Below, in pieces: positions 40,419 to 54,844 of a stretch of 64,000 nucleotides of DNA (the stretch's first letter is position 1; each line of letters opens with the position of its first letter). Under the pieces are notes generated by a model. The model ran no database searches and was not told the DNA's origin. It worked only from the letters and a program-made list of their open reading frames with translations. Both the position numbers and the translations under genes were made by a program. The DNA comes from Octopus vulgaris (taxonomy: Eukaryota): the NCBI GenBank assembly GCA_951406725.2, contig OX597814.1, positions 103,912,001 through 103,976,000 on the forward strand, read 5' to 3'.

Positions 40419-43400
40419 TATATCTCATCACATCATCATTTAATGTCTGCTTTCCATGCTGGTGTGAGTTGAATGATTTACAGGGAACTGGAGAAGTACA
40501 AGGTCACAACTTGAAGCTCCAGTGTCATCTTTGGTAAGGTTGCTATGACTGGATTCCCTTCTAAATGGCAACCACTTTACGGAGTGGCACTGGTATTTCT
40601 TGTGAGGTTTCCATGAAACCTGCAAAACTGGAAAAGAACCGAGAAAAAGGAAAAGGGGGCGGAAAGCTTTCACTACTGAGAGGAAGTATTTGGGTGGGGA
40701 AGATGGAGGTGGGTGGATTATACCCCCCCCCGGGTCTTGATAGCGGGGGGGGGGACAAGCATAGGGGTCTTGCTGTAGAAGAGAGATATAACTGAAGGAG
40801 ATAAAAGGAGGAGAGTGATAGCGTGAACCAAAGGGAGGATGTGGACAGAGCCATGGGAGGGGTTGAGAGAGTGGATGCTTTCGGAAGAGGGGGGGGTAAA
40901 CAGAGAGATATAGAGGTTAATGTAATGAGTGATGAACAAGGATGGGGTGGGGGTGCAGTTGAGAGGGGTGATGTGGGAGATAAAGGAGTGGATCAGGAAG
41001 GAGAATAGGGGAGAAAATAGTAGAATGATGTGTGAAGAGGGAGAGATAGGGATGTGTAAGAGGCTATTAGAGTGGGTGGGTCATGATGGTGGCTAAGAGA
41101 AGGGCCATGAGAATGGTAGCAGACAGGAGAGTGTGTTTAGAAAGGAGTCTAGCAGAGGGTGGGAGTGAGCAAGCAGTGGCTGAGGGTACAAAAAGGAGGT
41201 GATTGGTTGAAATGGTGTGGGTGGAGATGATGAGGAATGTGGGAGACAGTTAGGGAGGGGCTGGGATATAATACATGCCAATTCTGCTCTCAAGGTGAGC
41301 ACAGCAGCCAAATGATAGCATAGATGGAGGAGGGATGAAAATGGGGGGGGGGGCTATACCTGATGTGTAAGTGTGAGGAGGAGAGAGAAGACCTTGCACA
41401 TAAAAGCATAACTGATGGTTTTATTATATCATATATGCTATAATGGATGTATCATCTTTATAACAAAATTCCACCTTACTGGCACCTGTGCTGGTAGCAT
41501 GTAAAAAAGTACCATTTGAGCATGGCCAATGCCAGTGCCACCTGACTGGCACTTGTGCTGGTAGTACATAAAAAGCACTCACTCTTGGAGTGGTTGGCAT
41601 TAGGAAGGGCATCCAGCTGTAGAAATCTTGTCAAATCAGACTGGAGCTTGGTGCAGCCTCCTGGCTTGCCATCCTCAGTCAAACCCTCCAACCCATGCTA
41701 GCATAGAACGATCATGATAATATATACTGTTTCTGGTTACCTTCTCTGTCTTTGAGCAGTTTAAAAGTTCTCTCCCTTGATCATCATCATCATCATTATT
41801 TTCCACCTGCTTTTCATATTGATGGATTGAATGCTCATCAGAATCCAGGTCAAACTTTATTTAGAGTGCCCCGTTAGACATCTTGTATGTTTTAGCTTCA
41901 GTGCAACAATCGGATGCGTTTCCTAACAGCAAACACTTTACTGAACACTCAACGTCCCATTTTATTGTGAGCCTAACATTAGAGAGGCTGTGCTTTCCCA
42001 ATAACTCCTAAAACAGACAAGATTTTAGAAGAGAGGACGGAAGTGATTGGATGGAGCTTGCAAAGAGATGAAAATAAGGGTGAAGTGTCCAGGTGGACCC
42101 TCAAGTTGTGAAGTGAATGGAACAGAGGGACCAGGAGTGTGGGTGGGTGGAGGTTGTTAGAAAGTACAGGAGTCAGAGGGAGAGGGGAAGAGGGGTAGGT
42201 TTGAAGGGTGAAAGTAGTGAATGATGGATGAATCAATGATGCAAGAGTTAGGGGAAGTAGGGAGAGTAGGAGATGACTGACAGTACAGAACAGCAGAATA
42301 GTAATGATGATACAGTAGACAGGAGAAGGACAAGAGAGGGAGAGAGAGAGGTGGTATTGTAGTTGGGTAGGATGGAAGGAGGCTGGTGTAATGCCTTTAT
42401 TGGTGTTTTCAGTCAGCAACTGCAAAAATGTTTCTGGTCCCTAACTTTTGTGGAGGATTAATCCAGTGACAGGTTGGTTTCTAATAACAACAGTTTCAAT
42501 GAATGAAATTCCAAACTTGAATTTTAGATAATGCAAAATCTAATCCTGGACAAATTAATGAACATTAATTAATGCAATTTATATTGGCAACCTGCTGCTA
42601 TGTGTTTGGTGTAGCCTTTACTGAGATAACTGGTCAAATACTGTAATCATATCTGGCACAATGAATATGGAGAGTTTATTCCAAGTGTTTAACAGGTTCC
42701 ACAGTATATTTGGGTCTAATCTCACATCATTCATCCTTGCCAGGGCTTTCAACAGCTTTGAAAAAATATTTTCACAAAAGATCTCTCTCTCACTCATACA
42801 CACGCACAGCTTGAGAAAGAGGTACTCAACACATTTGGCAGGAGTTACATTTTGGCTAACTGGGCCAACTGGGCTGGACATTATAGAATGAGTGAATGGA
42901 ATGAATTTCATTTTATTATTCTTGAAACCTTTTTACATAAACCATCAAACTTCCCATTGATTTCTTTTCTTTTTCTTTTAAATTCTTAGAATTTTCTTGA
43001 ACATTCTAACTTTTCTCATAGTTTACCTCTGAAATCCACATTTTCTCACCACTTGTTGTCGTTGTGTATGGTGTGCCAGGTGTCCATGTATATATTTATA
43101 ACTTGTGAGAACAAACTGCCTCGGATATCAGACCCACTGACTTAATTATCCTTTTATAATAATTTAATATAATTTGGTCCACCGCTGCACTCATTATCAT
43201 CACCAAACTTGTGATCAGAGGCATTGAATATCTCCTTCCTGGTTCTCTATGACCACATTTGTTACCATAGCAACCTGAGAAAGGTGTGGTAACATTATAC
43301 AGTAAATAGAGCATGTGTAATTGGTGTGACTAGAATGGAATGTACTTCCCAAAGCAATGGGGAGAAATATTTCTTCTAATTATATTTTTAATATCATTTC

Positions 43401-43832
43401 TCGTAGTTGAACCATAACTGACAGCATGACAATGTAGAATGATAAATGACTGTGATTGCAATCGTGTTTGGCGGCGGCGAGACACTCTCAGACCACTTAA
43501 AAAGTTCTTTTCTTCATATTATTTATACTCTTAGATGTTTTTGTTGAAGGTCTTCCAACTGGCTGAATTGACCTGGAGGTCAAACCACTCAGGTTATTTG
43601 GGACTATTTTACCAGAAAAACATTAGATACCCCTGTTTAATGAGATTCCATCAGTTGCAATGATGACTCTACCAGTTGATCCAATCAATTGTTCTGGCTC
43701 TTTTCGTAGAAATGTGAGGTGAAGATGGACAAGGTGGACTTGGACATTGTGTGACAGTTACTGTTCTTTTACACTTATAAGTGATGGACATTCACTGCAC
43801 TATATAGCTTTGTGTGTGTGTGTGTGTGTGAA

Positions 43833-43878
<46 letters not shown>

Positions 43879-46800
43879 TGCATAGCTCAGGACCTAGAGC
43901 ATTGGGCTTACAGTCATAAAGTTCTGAGTTCAGTTCCCAGATCAGGCTGTGAGTTGTGTTCTTGAGCAAGACACTTTATTTCACGTTGCTCCAGTTCACT
44001 CAGCTGTAGAAATGAGTTGCGGCATCACTGGTGCCAAGCTGTTACCTTGGGTAACATCAGTGGTGTGGAGAGGGGAAGTTGGTATGCATGGGCGACTGCT
44101 GCTCAGGCTTGTACCTCAGAGGGGAACTTTCTAGGTGCAACCCGTGGTCATTCATGACCAAATGGGGTCTTTGAGTTCAAGTTAAGTCAATGTGTGTGTG
44201 TGTGTGCCATGTAAAAACACACATGTGCCAGTTCCTCATAAATGGGCACTTGTGTTGGTGCCCAGTACACTCTGTAGAGTGGCTGGCATTAGAAAGGGTA
44301 TCCAGTCACAGGCACCATGTCAAAACAGACTGGAGCTTGGTGCAACCCTCTGGTTTGCCAGCCCCTGTCAAATTGTCCAAACCATGGCAGCATGGAAAAC
44401 ACATGTTTGATGATGATAATGATGATGATGTATTATGTTTCCATAATCAGGGTTCTTAGCTAAAGAATCTCTATGATACAGTAAAATGGTTAGGCTGTTT
44501 ATTTGGAATAACAATTCTTTGACAATTTCAAATCTGATTCAGTTCTTTCCCAACAAATTTGTAACTTCCTGCCAATCAAAGAAATCCTTTGCATTTTTTA
44601 AGGGTCAGCATGCAACTGACTAAATTCTAGAACAGTCCTAGATCTCTTCTACTATTTTGCTCTCTGTTTTCACATTCTAATTTCAAATGTCATTGGAATT
44701 TCACTCAGCCTTTCATAGCAGTAATATGTGTAGGCCAATTCAACTGACTACATTCTCTTCCTCCCTCCTACAATGGGTGTTCTCCAATCTGACTCATCAT
44801 CATCATCATAAAGGATGGTGAAATAACAAAATCATTCAAGCATGAGACAAAATACTTTGCACTGTTGGCTCCAACTCATTATGTTCTGAGTTCAAATGCA
44901 GCCAAGGTCATCTTAACCTCTCATCCTTATGGGGTTAATTAAAGTCAAGTAGTGCACTGAATTTTATCTATCAAAGCCCCCATCACCACCACCACATCAT
45001 TTTGTGTCTAAATTGAAAACAATTATTGTTAAGGCAATGAGCAGATTCAGAAAAAAAAAATTTGGTATTTGTTTCAGCTTTTGACTGTCTGAGTTCAAAT
45101 CCTGCTGAGGTCCACTCTGTCTTTTATCCTTTCGGGTCTGATAAAATGAAGTAACAGTTGTAAGAGTCGAGTACTGGACTCAATATAATTTACTGACCCT
45201 TAAAATTGCTTGCCTTCTGGAAAAATTTGAAATAATAATAATAATGGTTTAAGGCTAAGTCAATAACATTGACCCCAGTATTCAACTGGTATTTATTTCA
45301 TCAAGCCTGAAAGGATGAAAGCCAAGTTGACCTTAGTGGAATTTGAACTCAGAACATAAAAACAAATGAAATGCCACTAAGCACTTTACCCAGTCTGCTA
45401 ACAATTCTGCCAGCTTACTGCCTTAAAATAATAATAATAATAATAATAATACCACCAATAATGATAATACTGGCCACTCCTGTCGATTTTGATGTATGAG
45501 TGTTTGAAAGAAAGGATTAATAAAAAGGGGGAAAAAAGTGTTGACAAAAAAAAAAAAGAATCTGCTACTCTTTGCACTGGATGCATGAATATCGTTTGAG
45601 TCCAGGAATGGATTTTGCTATGAAGTCAAAATGGGGACAGTAATGATTTCTTTTACTATGGAATCCTTCAAAAAGACCATTCAAAAGAAGTTTTAGAATG
45701 TGATCAACAAGCCTTTCCCTTCTGCACCGAATCCTCAACAGCTTCCCATTTAGGAGATATGGCATTTTCATAAAATTTTGACATTTGATATCTTATCTTG
45801 CCATTTATGTTGCAGAAATAATAATAATAAATAATAATAATAATAAATGCCCTAATGCAATACCAAGCAGTGGCTCTCATGGCTTCTTATCTTCCTTGAC
45901 CTTAACCAGTTGACCATGTCCCTTAGTGGCTGACGATATGTGCATCTCTGATCATGAGCAGAAGTAGTGGGGGAGCATCATAGCCATGTGATGAGAGGAA
46001 TTCTTTGGGGTTTGAATAATTCACCTCTGGAAACATGGGTCTTTTGTTCAACATCCTTAAACAAACCTCATTCAGGGACCTTTTGAGCAGGATGGGCTAC
46101 CCGACCTGAAGAAAATTCTAACTAGGCTCCACCTGTAAGGCCATGCGCTGTTGTTTATCTTGATATGAGATCAGCATGTCATGCACATATGGTTGTGATG
46201 CACGTGCCTAGTGTACCCTTATCAGATGGGTAGTTATGATGGGTATATTAGGCTTCGTATATTTTACTCCAGTGTCACTTTGATGGCATGCACTGCTCTC
46301 TCATTCAATAATAATAATAATTATTATTATTATTATTATTATGCGGACACATAGCCTAGTGGTTAGCGTGTTGCACTCATGATCACTACATCTTGGTTTC
46401 AATTCCTAGACCAGCTGGTGCATTGTGTTCTTGAACAAAAACACTTCATCTCACATTGCTCACCTATCACTTCAACACCTGGTATGTGGCACATTGTGTA
46501 CCTGTTCAGGTAACGTTGATTTGGTGGAAGGTGTGAGCTAATGTATGGCACTTACATTTGATTTGCTATAAACCAATCGTTTGTGCAGGTCGTTTGGCAA
46601 AAAGCTGAACTTTCATGGGTCATCCTCGATTATTATTATTATTATTTTAAGGCATCAAACTGGCAGAATTATTAGCATGCTGGGTGAAATGCTTAGCGGT
46701 ATTTGGTCTGCTGATACATTCTGAGTTCAAATTCCACCGAGGTCGACTTTACCTTTCATCCTTTTGAGGTTGATAAATTAAGTACCAGTTACGTACAGGG

Positions 46801-46881
46801 GTCAATGTAATGGACTAGTCCCCTCCCACCTGGCCTTATTATGCCTTTAGTAGAAAGGTGTATTATTACTATTATTATCAA

Positions 46882-46917
<36 letters not shown>

Positions 46918-46919
46918 CA

Positions 46920-46982
<63 letters not shown>

Positions 46983-47597
46983 GTTGGTGGATTAGCAGAA
47001 TCCTTAGAGTGCAACAAAATGTTTGGCAGTATTCCTTTTGACTCTTTATGCTCTGAGTTCAAATTCTGCATGAGTCACCTTAGCTCATCATCCCTGCAGG
47101 TTCAATGAAAATACAATACCAGAGAAGTATTGGGCTCTGTGTGATTAAACCAAGTCCCTCCCTTCAAAGTTGTTGGCCTTAGGCTTATATTAGAAACATT
47201 TGTTATCGCTGCTGATGGTGGTGGTGGTGGTGGTGGTGCCGCTCATTCAAGTCAACTTCACGAAATACTTTCTTTAGTTAATAACTTTACATCAAAACTT
47301 TATCATCACAAAATTATCATTTCCTTCTGGGTTAAGGGGAAAGGTTAAGCTGACTGTGTGTGTGTGTGTGTGTGTTTTGTGTGTGTGTTGATGGAGGGAG
47401 AGAGAGAGAGAGAGAGGTGGCTGAGTGGTTAAGGAACTCACTTTACAGTTATGAGATTCTGGGTTCAATCTTTCTGGTGCCTTTCACCTGTTTTGGGTCA
47501 ACTCAAAAGTTGTTGGGATTTAAATTAGGTAGACAGAAACTGTGTGGAAACCCTTCATTTGGATTGTAGTCCCCCTGTCACAGAGGGAGTCTGCTGG

Positions 47598-47808
47598 ATC
47601 ATCATCGTCATCGTCATCATTATCATCATCACTGTCATCATCACCATCGTCATCATTATCATCATCATCACCATCGTTATCATTGTCATCATCATCATCA
47701 CCATCATCATCATCACCATCGTCATCATCATCATCATCACCATCGTCATCATCATTATCACCATCGTCATCATCATCATCATCATTATCTTCATCATCAT
47801 TATCATCA
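47598..47808. repeat. Compound (CAT/CAC/CGT)n trinucleotide repeat
   Basis: Directly visible; source of the poly-S/I/M ORFs. Confidence 0.95.
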
Positions 47809-47909
47809 CAGCTGTAAAACTCAGAGATTTCTTCGTCTTCAAGATTCTAAGGATTTCCTGTCGGATTGAAAGAATTTGTTAATGACTCTTCTGATTCTTC
47901 TATTTGTAG

Positions 47910-48079
47910 GAGTCACAATGGATCCACGTCGGCAGCAGTTACATATGACGTTAGCTTACCAATACTCAAAGGACCAGCATGAACGTCTTTTGAGATATGC
48001 CAAAGAAATAGATTTGAATTCTGATGTGAAATGGGAATTTCGGTTATATTCTCGTGATCCAAGGGCAGGAGAATGTGAG
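47910..48079 (+). CDS. UBASH3B: UBASH3/STS homolog exon (second HxT motif LHMTLAY ... LYSRD)
   Basis: tttgtAG acceptor, GAG|GTGAGT donor; QLHMTLAYQY and WEFRLYSRD motifs; phase 1-0. Confidence 0.95.
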
Positions 48080-48436
48080 GTGAGTACCCAAGGGCCGTTT
48101 ACCATTTTTCTAACAATTTGTTTCAAGGTGTCTGAAATTGACCTTGTCCTCATCTGTTGCTGAACTCTCTGTAAAAACTAAATTTTGATCTTCTTTACTG
48201 ACCACACTTGGTGACCCCCCCCCCACGTGTAGCACCAGCCAAGGGTTGGCTTCACACTTTAAGACTGAAAACTCCTTCAACACAGAAGAGCTACCACCTC
48301 TCAGCTGCAGAGTTGTCTCCCTATGCAGGAGTACTTCTGTCTTGTACAAGTTTGTCCTGACACATGTTCTGGATATGTCCACCTTCTTTCTTGACATCGG
48401 TTCTGATGTAAGAAAGAAAGAAAAATCTTATACTTA

Positions 48437-48916
48437 TGTAGGCAACCGTAGTTGAATCCATGTCCGAACGTTGGTCATCTGGAGTTATCTCCCCTGGCCA
48501 CTTCGTTAACAATGAGGTGGCGCTCGTGAGATAGGGGATAAAAAGACGCGCACAGCCAAGAACGGTCTCTTTTGCTGACCAAAGCAGCCTGCTGCTACCT
48601 TCATTGTCTCCCTCTCTGCTACTGGACTACCCAGCATCGATTTGAATTGAGTGGAATCCACTATACCAGTCATGGAAGGTGGCAAGACGAAAACCTTTTT
48701 TTATTCAACTTCCATTCTGTTCTGTTAAATGTTAAATATACAAGCCGTGTACGAATGCTCTCCTCCCGGATTGGAATAAATATACCATGTACATGAAGGC
48801 CTCGAAAACTAATACGAATTGTTGTTTTTCACTGGATTAATTCCTACAGCTATTCGAAGGATGACCGGACATTATATTTAAATTAGTGGGCTAAAAATCC
48901 GCTAAACTTGCCAACA
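48437..48916 (+). mobile_element. Probable solo LTR
   Basis: TGTAGGCAA...TTGCCAACA terminal inverted repeat; TATA-like GATAAAAG and AATAAA inside; no clear TSD. Confidence 0.4.
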
Positions 48917-49637
48917 CCCTTCAACAAGTTTCTCCCAGTGAAGCAATGTTATCTTTGTACCACTGCATCAATGGCATCTCTGCTCCTATGAATTTCATAT
49001 GCTCTCCCCTCCACACACACACACACTTCTCCATGTGGCCCTTTTGCTATGTTCAGCCCCCCCCCCCCCCTCTCCACTCCCAGTTCATGCTTCCGTCACA
49101 GCCAGCTACTTGACCACCATCAGCTCTACAGAATTCTTCCTATTCGTCAACTTTGAAGGGCCTCAAAACACTGTAGTCTGCTGTTCATAAAGAAATTCTA
49201 GGAAACTTCTAAATTGATTGAGTTGGTAAATTATCCAGCCACTAATTAAAGAGTCAGGGGTTCAAATCTTACAGCCAGTGTTGTTTGTGTTCAAAGACAT
49301 TTTATTTCATTTTACCAAAATAACATTTAGAAATGGTTGAGTAATTAACTGCAGCCATCACACCTTTCTCCAGGTGAGATAAATATTGATTTAATAATAC
49401 ACTTGACCACTTTGTTTATTTTGTCGTTCAGTTTACAAGGACTGGATAGAGATGGTAATTAAAGAATTTTCCTGAAAGTAAAAGAGATCTTTATTTCTTT
49501 AAATGTCTTTTGAAGAGTGATTAGACAAATTACAATAATTAACCATTTAAATACCAATTCAGTGTCACTTCTAATACCACACAAATGCCTTTACAAATCA
49601 CACTTCACTCTGCCACATACACACACACACACACGCG

Positions 49638-49703
<66 letters not shown>

Positions 49704-51981
49704 AGGCCAGCACTGCCTAAACAGGGGCGTCAAAAGCTTTTCTATTTGAAAAGCAAAAAAAAGAACGTTCAAAAGCTGTAAATATTAAATAATATTTGAA
49801 ACTATAATTGATTGATTTATTGATTAATTTATTGTCTTTAGGGTTTCAACCACCCCACCTTCCATTCAGGCCCTCCCCCCATTCAGGCCCCTTCCTTCCA
49901 TTCTAGACGATGAACTTTTATTATTTTGGTATAAATATTTTGTGTGAAGACTGTTGTATGTGTGTGTGAGAGAGAGCATGTATATGTAGAATTATGTGTA
50001 CGAATGTCTCTGAGGGTATTCATATGAGCTGTATGTGTTTGTGCGTAAGTTTTGTTTCATTTTCTCCCCATTTTTCAATGTTTGCTTGTGGATTTATTCT
50101 TCTATTCATTTCATCCTTTTTTTATCACATGATTTATTCATTTAAATACTCCAGCATGGTCAACCAAATCTTTGCAGAGTGATTCTTTATAATAAACATT
50201 TTTTCCTTGATGATGATGATGATGATGATGATGATTTCATCGCATATTTTTTTTAAATTGTATTTTACATTATTTTATTGTGTTTTTTCATGATTAACAC
50301 TGAATTTATTTACCTCAAACTGCATTCAAGTATCTTTGCTGAATACTTTTTCTGTTTGGATTAGAAAATCCAGGTCTTTTTCCATTTTTGTATACAGCTT
50401 GAGGTTATCCATACACAGCTGGTGATTGATTTTCACCTTGAGTTTTGGTAAACTCATAGCCAGACCTGGATTTTTTCAGGATACTTTACAGAGGGATTAA
50501 CACAAAGATGAAGAGTAACGGAGACAGCGCATGCCCTGGAAAATCCACCTGTGTACTTTCATCTTCCCTAACAATTCATTTGTGTTTGTTAGTTCTATTT
50601 CCCACCATCTCATTACTCTCCCACAAAATCAGCTGTATGGAATATTATTGTGAGTTTTCTTGTTGTCAATCCTTTTCTACTTTAGGCACAAGGCCTGAAA
50701 TTTTGGGGGAGCAGGTCCATTCAATTGGATCGACCCCAGTACACAACTGGTACTTAATTTATCGACCCCCAAAAGGATGAAAGGCAAAGTTGACCTCAGT
50801 GGAACATGAACTCAGAATGTTAAAGACAGACAAAATACTGCTAAGCATTTCACCTGGCATGCTAACATCTCTGCCAACTCACTGACTTTTTCTTATAGTC
50901 TGTCCAACTTCTGAAATTCTTCTTTCTTACTCCTACCTCTTCATTTGCCATTCTACCATCAATATACAGCAGACCAGCAGTTCTCCTTGACTTCTTTCTG
51001 CATCCCTTTTGCTCCTCTGGAAATAAATTCTCTTTCCAGAAGCTTATACACTTTGTCTACTTGGAGGCTAGTAAATAAATTTTTAGAGTAATGGTAATTA
51101 TGTAAAAGATTTATAATCCCTGATTTCCCCAGATGATGATTATGAGGATGATCACTGTGACCGACCAGGCTATCAGATGTTGCTACACATCGCTGGTCAC
51201 AATGTGCTTCGCATTGTTTTAGCCTTCAAATGATGCCACTCTGTTGGCTAAGCGAGCAGGCCAACAGAAGAAAGAGAGCGAGAAAGTTGTGGCGAAAGAG
51301 TGCAGCAGGGATCGCCACCACCTCCTGCCGGAGCCTCGTGGAGCTTTAGATATTTTCGCTCAATAAACTCACAATGCCCAGTCTGGGAATCGAAACCACG
51401 GTCCTACGACTGCGAGTCCACTGCCCTAACCACTGGGCCATTGCACTTCCACATATATATAAAAAGTAAAAGAGTCAAAAAGAAGAGTAAGTATGATTAG
51501 GCAGCTTTTTAATCACTACAAATGTTTTGAGACCTACAGATCCTCGTATATATAGAATTTAAAGTTAAGTTAAGTTTAAATTAAATTATGTCACAATTTA
51601 CCTGTATAAGAAGATCTCTATGTATCTACTTAGGCTATACTCAGTTGCTGTTTCTGTAAGCAAAATCTAGATTTCCATGCTACAACATCCATGGCTTCTT
51701 CTTTGAAACCAAGAAATGCTGATAGTTTCAATTTTCTTGGTATGAGTGTGTTCTCACGTTCGACATGAGCCATAATCCAACGAATAAACCAAAAGCAAAA
51801 TAAACTGCAACCATAACAATATCAGTAATACTCAGAGATGTGCTTGCAAACACTTCAGCCATGGCACAGCATTAACCAAAGGTGGAAAAATTAGGGAAAT
51901 TTCACACGGATCTGCTTAAATATTCACACATTCTTAACAGAACACACCTCAACTGTATATATATATATATATATATATACA

Positions 51982-52359
51982 CACTACCGTCAGAAATTAA
52001 TTAGCACCCTTGATTTGCTCTTCACTCAAGGTATGTGCTGTCACCTAGTGGCCATATCTCGAACTATTGCTTTGTTGCGAGTTCACTGTTGCACAGAACG
52101 ATGACGTAACTTTGTTTGCAGAGCAGTTTGAGAGTCTACAGCCTTATGATGTTGACATAGCAGTGCAACAACAACTTGGAGTGTGGATGCAGACAAATTC
52201 CTTTGTTTAATAGATATAGGTAGCGCCTCGCAAGGACCGAAATCACACCATACTAAGTTTTCTCATCGCGTAAGACGTTTTGAACAGCTCATAGGTTAAT
52301 TGATTTAACCTATTTAATGTAGAAATTTGAGAAGTGCTAATTAATTTCTGACGCAAGTG
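51982..52359. mobile_element. Tc1/mariner-type MITE
   Basis: ~26-bp TIRs CACT..CGTCAGAAATTAATTAGCAC / GTGCTAATTAATTTCTGACG..AGTG in a TA context. Confidence 0.7.
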
Positions 52360-52548
52360 TATATATATATATATATATAAACTGAGATAGGGGTTGTGAG
52401 TGCAACCCACCATGGGATAACATATATCCAATATACTGCCAGTAAAGCACCCAACAAAGTTAATACATAAATGTTAAAAATTGCGATGCAGTTAATTCAT
52501 TTATTGTATTATATAGGTGAAGGTAAAATGTTTTACCACAAATTAATA

Positions 52549-53416
52549 ATACAAAATAAGAAAATGGAGAAATACACCTTAATCAATAATCAACTACCAG
52601 ATAATACCCAATCACATAATTTATTAACCCACTACATATGAACATCAAGGTCAACATACTAGTACAGAACAGAACAATGTACATCAATGAGTAATATGAT
52701 ACAATAAGTACAATATGTATAAGTAAATATAAATAAATATAAACATAAATATAAACTACACCCATAGGCGCAGGAGTGGCTGTGTGGTAAGTAGCTTGTT
52801 TACCAACCACATGGTTCCGGGTTCAGTCCCACTGCGTGGCACCTTGGGCAAGTGTCTTCTACTATAGCCTCGGGCTGACCAAAGCCTTGTGAGTGGATTT
52901 GGTAGACAGAAACTGAAAGAAGCCTGTCGTATATATGTATATATATGCGTGTGTGTGTTTGTATGTCTGTGTTTGTCCCCCTAGCATTGCTTGACAACCG
53001 ATGCTGGCGTGTTTATGTCCCCGTTACTTAGCGGTTCGGCAAAAGAGACCGATAGAATAAGTACTGGGCTTACAAAAGAATAAGTCCCGGTGTCGAGTTG
53101 CTCGATTAAAGGTGGTGCTCCAGCATGGCCGCAGTCAAATGACTGAAACAAGTAAAAGAGTAAAAGAGAGAAAAAAGAGTATATCTACATGGCTGAAACA
53201 GCTGTAAGATGTAGTTTATATTTATATTTATTTATATTTACTTATACATATTGTACTTATTCTATCATATTACTCATTGATGTACATTGTTTTGTTCTGT
53301 ACTAGTATGTTTGACCTTGATGTTCATATGTAGTGGGTTAATAAATTATATGATTGGGTATTATCTGGTAGTTGATTATTGATTAAGGTGTATTTCTCCA
53401 TTTTCTTATTTTGTAT
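52549..53416. mobile_element. Fold-back element (~215-bp inverted arms) with a SINE in its centre and a hammerhead 3' half (GAAACAGCTGTA)
   Basis: 52549-52761 vs 53199-53416 are near-identical inverted copies. Confidence 0.65.
52767..53170 (+). mobile_element. Full-length tRNA-derived SINE, family A (other copies e.g. 20700-21105 -, 22665-23050 +, 27735-28130 -, 30620-30990 +, 60935-61290 -)
   Basis: A/B-box head GTGGCTGTGTGGTAAG...GGTTCAGTCCC, internal (TG)n, AGTAAAAG-repeat tail; many copies in the window. Confidence 0.85.
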
Positions 53417-54694
53417 ATATATATATATATATATATATAGCAAATTCGATGACTGGCATCTGAGTGTGATCATTGACAGACCAGCTAAACGGCTTCTGTG
53501 CCAGTTGCACATAAAAGGGCACCATTCGAGTGTGATCGTTACCAGCGTCGCCTTACTGGCACTTGTGCCCATGCTAGTAGGGTGCCAAGAACACCATCCG
53601 AGCATGATCGTTGCCAGAGCAGCCAACTGGCTTCCGGGCTGGTGGCACGTAAATGGGCACCATTCGAACGTGATCATTACCAATGTCGCCTTACTGGCAC
53701 CTGTGCTGGTGGCATGTGTAAAAAGATTCATGTGAGGTCATTGCCAGTACCGCCTGACTGGCCCCTGTGCTGGTGGCATATAAAAAGCACGCACTACACT
53801 CTCGGAGTGGTTGGCATTAGGAAGGTCATCCAGCTGTAGAAACTCTGCCAAATCAAGATTGGAGCCTGGTACAGCCATCTGGTTCGCCAGCCCTCAGTCA
53901 AAATCGTCCAACCCATGCTAGCATGGAAAGTGGACGTTAAACGATGATGATGATGATGAAATTCAGTGTGTGTTACATTCCATTACTTAATAAATACATT
54001 ATGTTGTATGTTTATTTACCGTACATTATTTTCCTTTACTATATATGTATATCCTGAAGAATTGGTGGAATGGTTGGTAAAGGTAAATGGAGTGAGGTAG
54101 TATGGCTATGCGTTGAGGAGAGACAAAGAGCATGTTGTGAGGAGGGTGATTGCATTTGAGGTAAATGGAACACAAAAGCAAGGTAGACCGAGGAAAAGAT
54201 GAAGGGGACAGGTAGAGGAGGAGATTAGGAGGGTTGGTTTGAAAAAGGAGGACACTCAAAACTGGGAAAGATGGTGAGATGATGTGAGGGTGGTTGCTAT
54301 GGCATTGAGGTAGATCTGGCCACCCCTATTAATGGGGACAAAACTCGGACTTAAAACACTGGATGATGATGATGATATATATACATATATAAAATGTAAT
54401 TAAAATTCCGTTGAATTAGGTACTTAATTTGAGGCACCTTGCTAGGTCGGTATAATCAGCACATCTCAACAATATTAATTGAATATTGAATATCAAGATT
54501 CCATGCAGGGGTGTTTGGACTTGATATTCCTACACTGTGTGCAGACAACACAACCCATCTAAGTGAGGATATCCACTCTTGGTAGTTCAGACATGCGCTT
54601 TTTATAAAGGTAGTTTCTATAGTATTTCCAAAGTGCAGATTCTAAGTTAGATGAGCAGAATATAAATGGATAACAAAGATGTACAGGTGTCAAT

Positions 54695-54757
54695 TCATTA
54701 TGGCCATTTCAAACAATGAAAGCATTACATTTGAATGAAACTGTTCTCTTCAGATGA
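54695..54757 (-). ncRNA. Type-I hammerhead motif
   Basis: Reverse complement reads TCAT-CTGAAGA-GAACAGT...ATTGTTT-GAAA-TGGCCA-TA-ATGA. Confidence 0.72.
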
Positions 54758-54844
54758 CTGCATAGACTTCAAACATAAAGGATACAACCATTTCCTTAAC
54801 ACATTCACATCAATAATGGAACTCAAAATATTTACATTGCTGCT

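Noticed and set aside
40680-41400. Long purine/G-rich tracts (also 35040-35330, 42000-42400) as functional G-quadruplex or coding sequence
   Set aside because: Low-complexity decayed repeat sequence with no specific evidence.
41805-41845. Minus-strand CTGATGA...GAAA
   Set aside because: Stems do not pair; it is a decayed RTE tail.
47542-47882. Poly-Ser, poly-Ile and poly-Met ORFs
   Set aside because: Trinucleotide-repeat artefacts; the same applies to the YI, HT and CV ORFs throughout the window.
48190-48230. Gypsy PBS (CA..TGGTGACCCC)
   Set aside because: No gag/pol remnants recognisable downstream and no matching LTR upstream.
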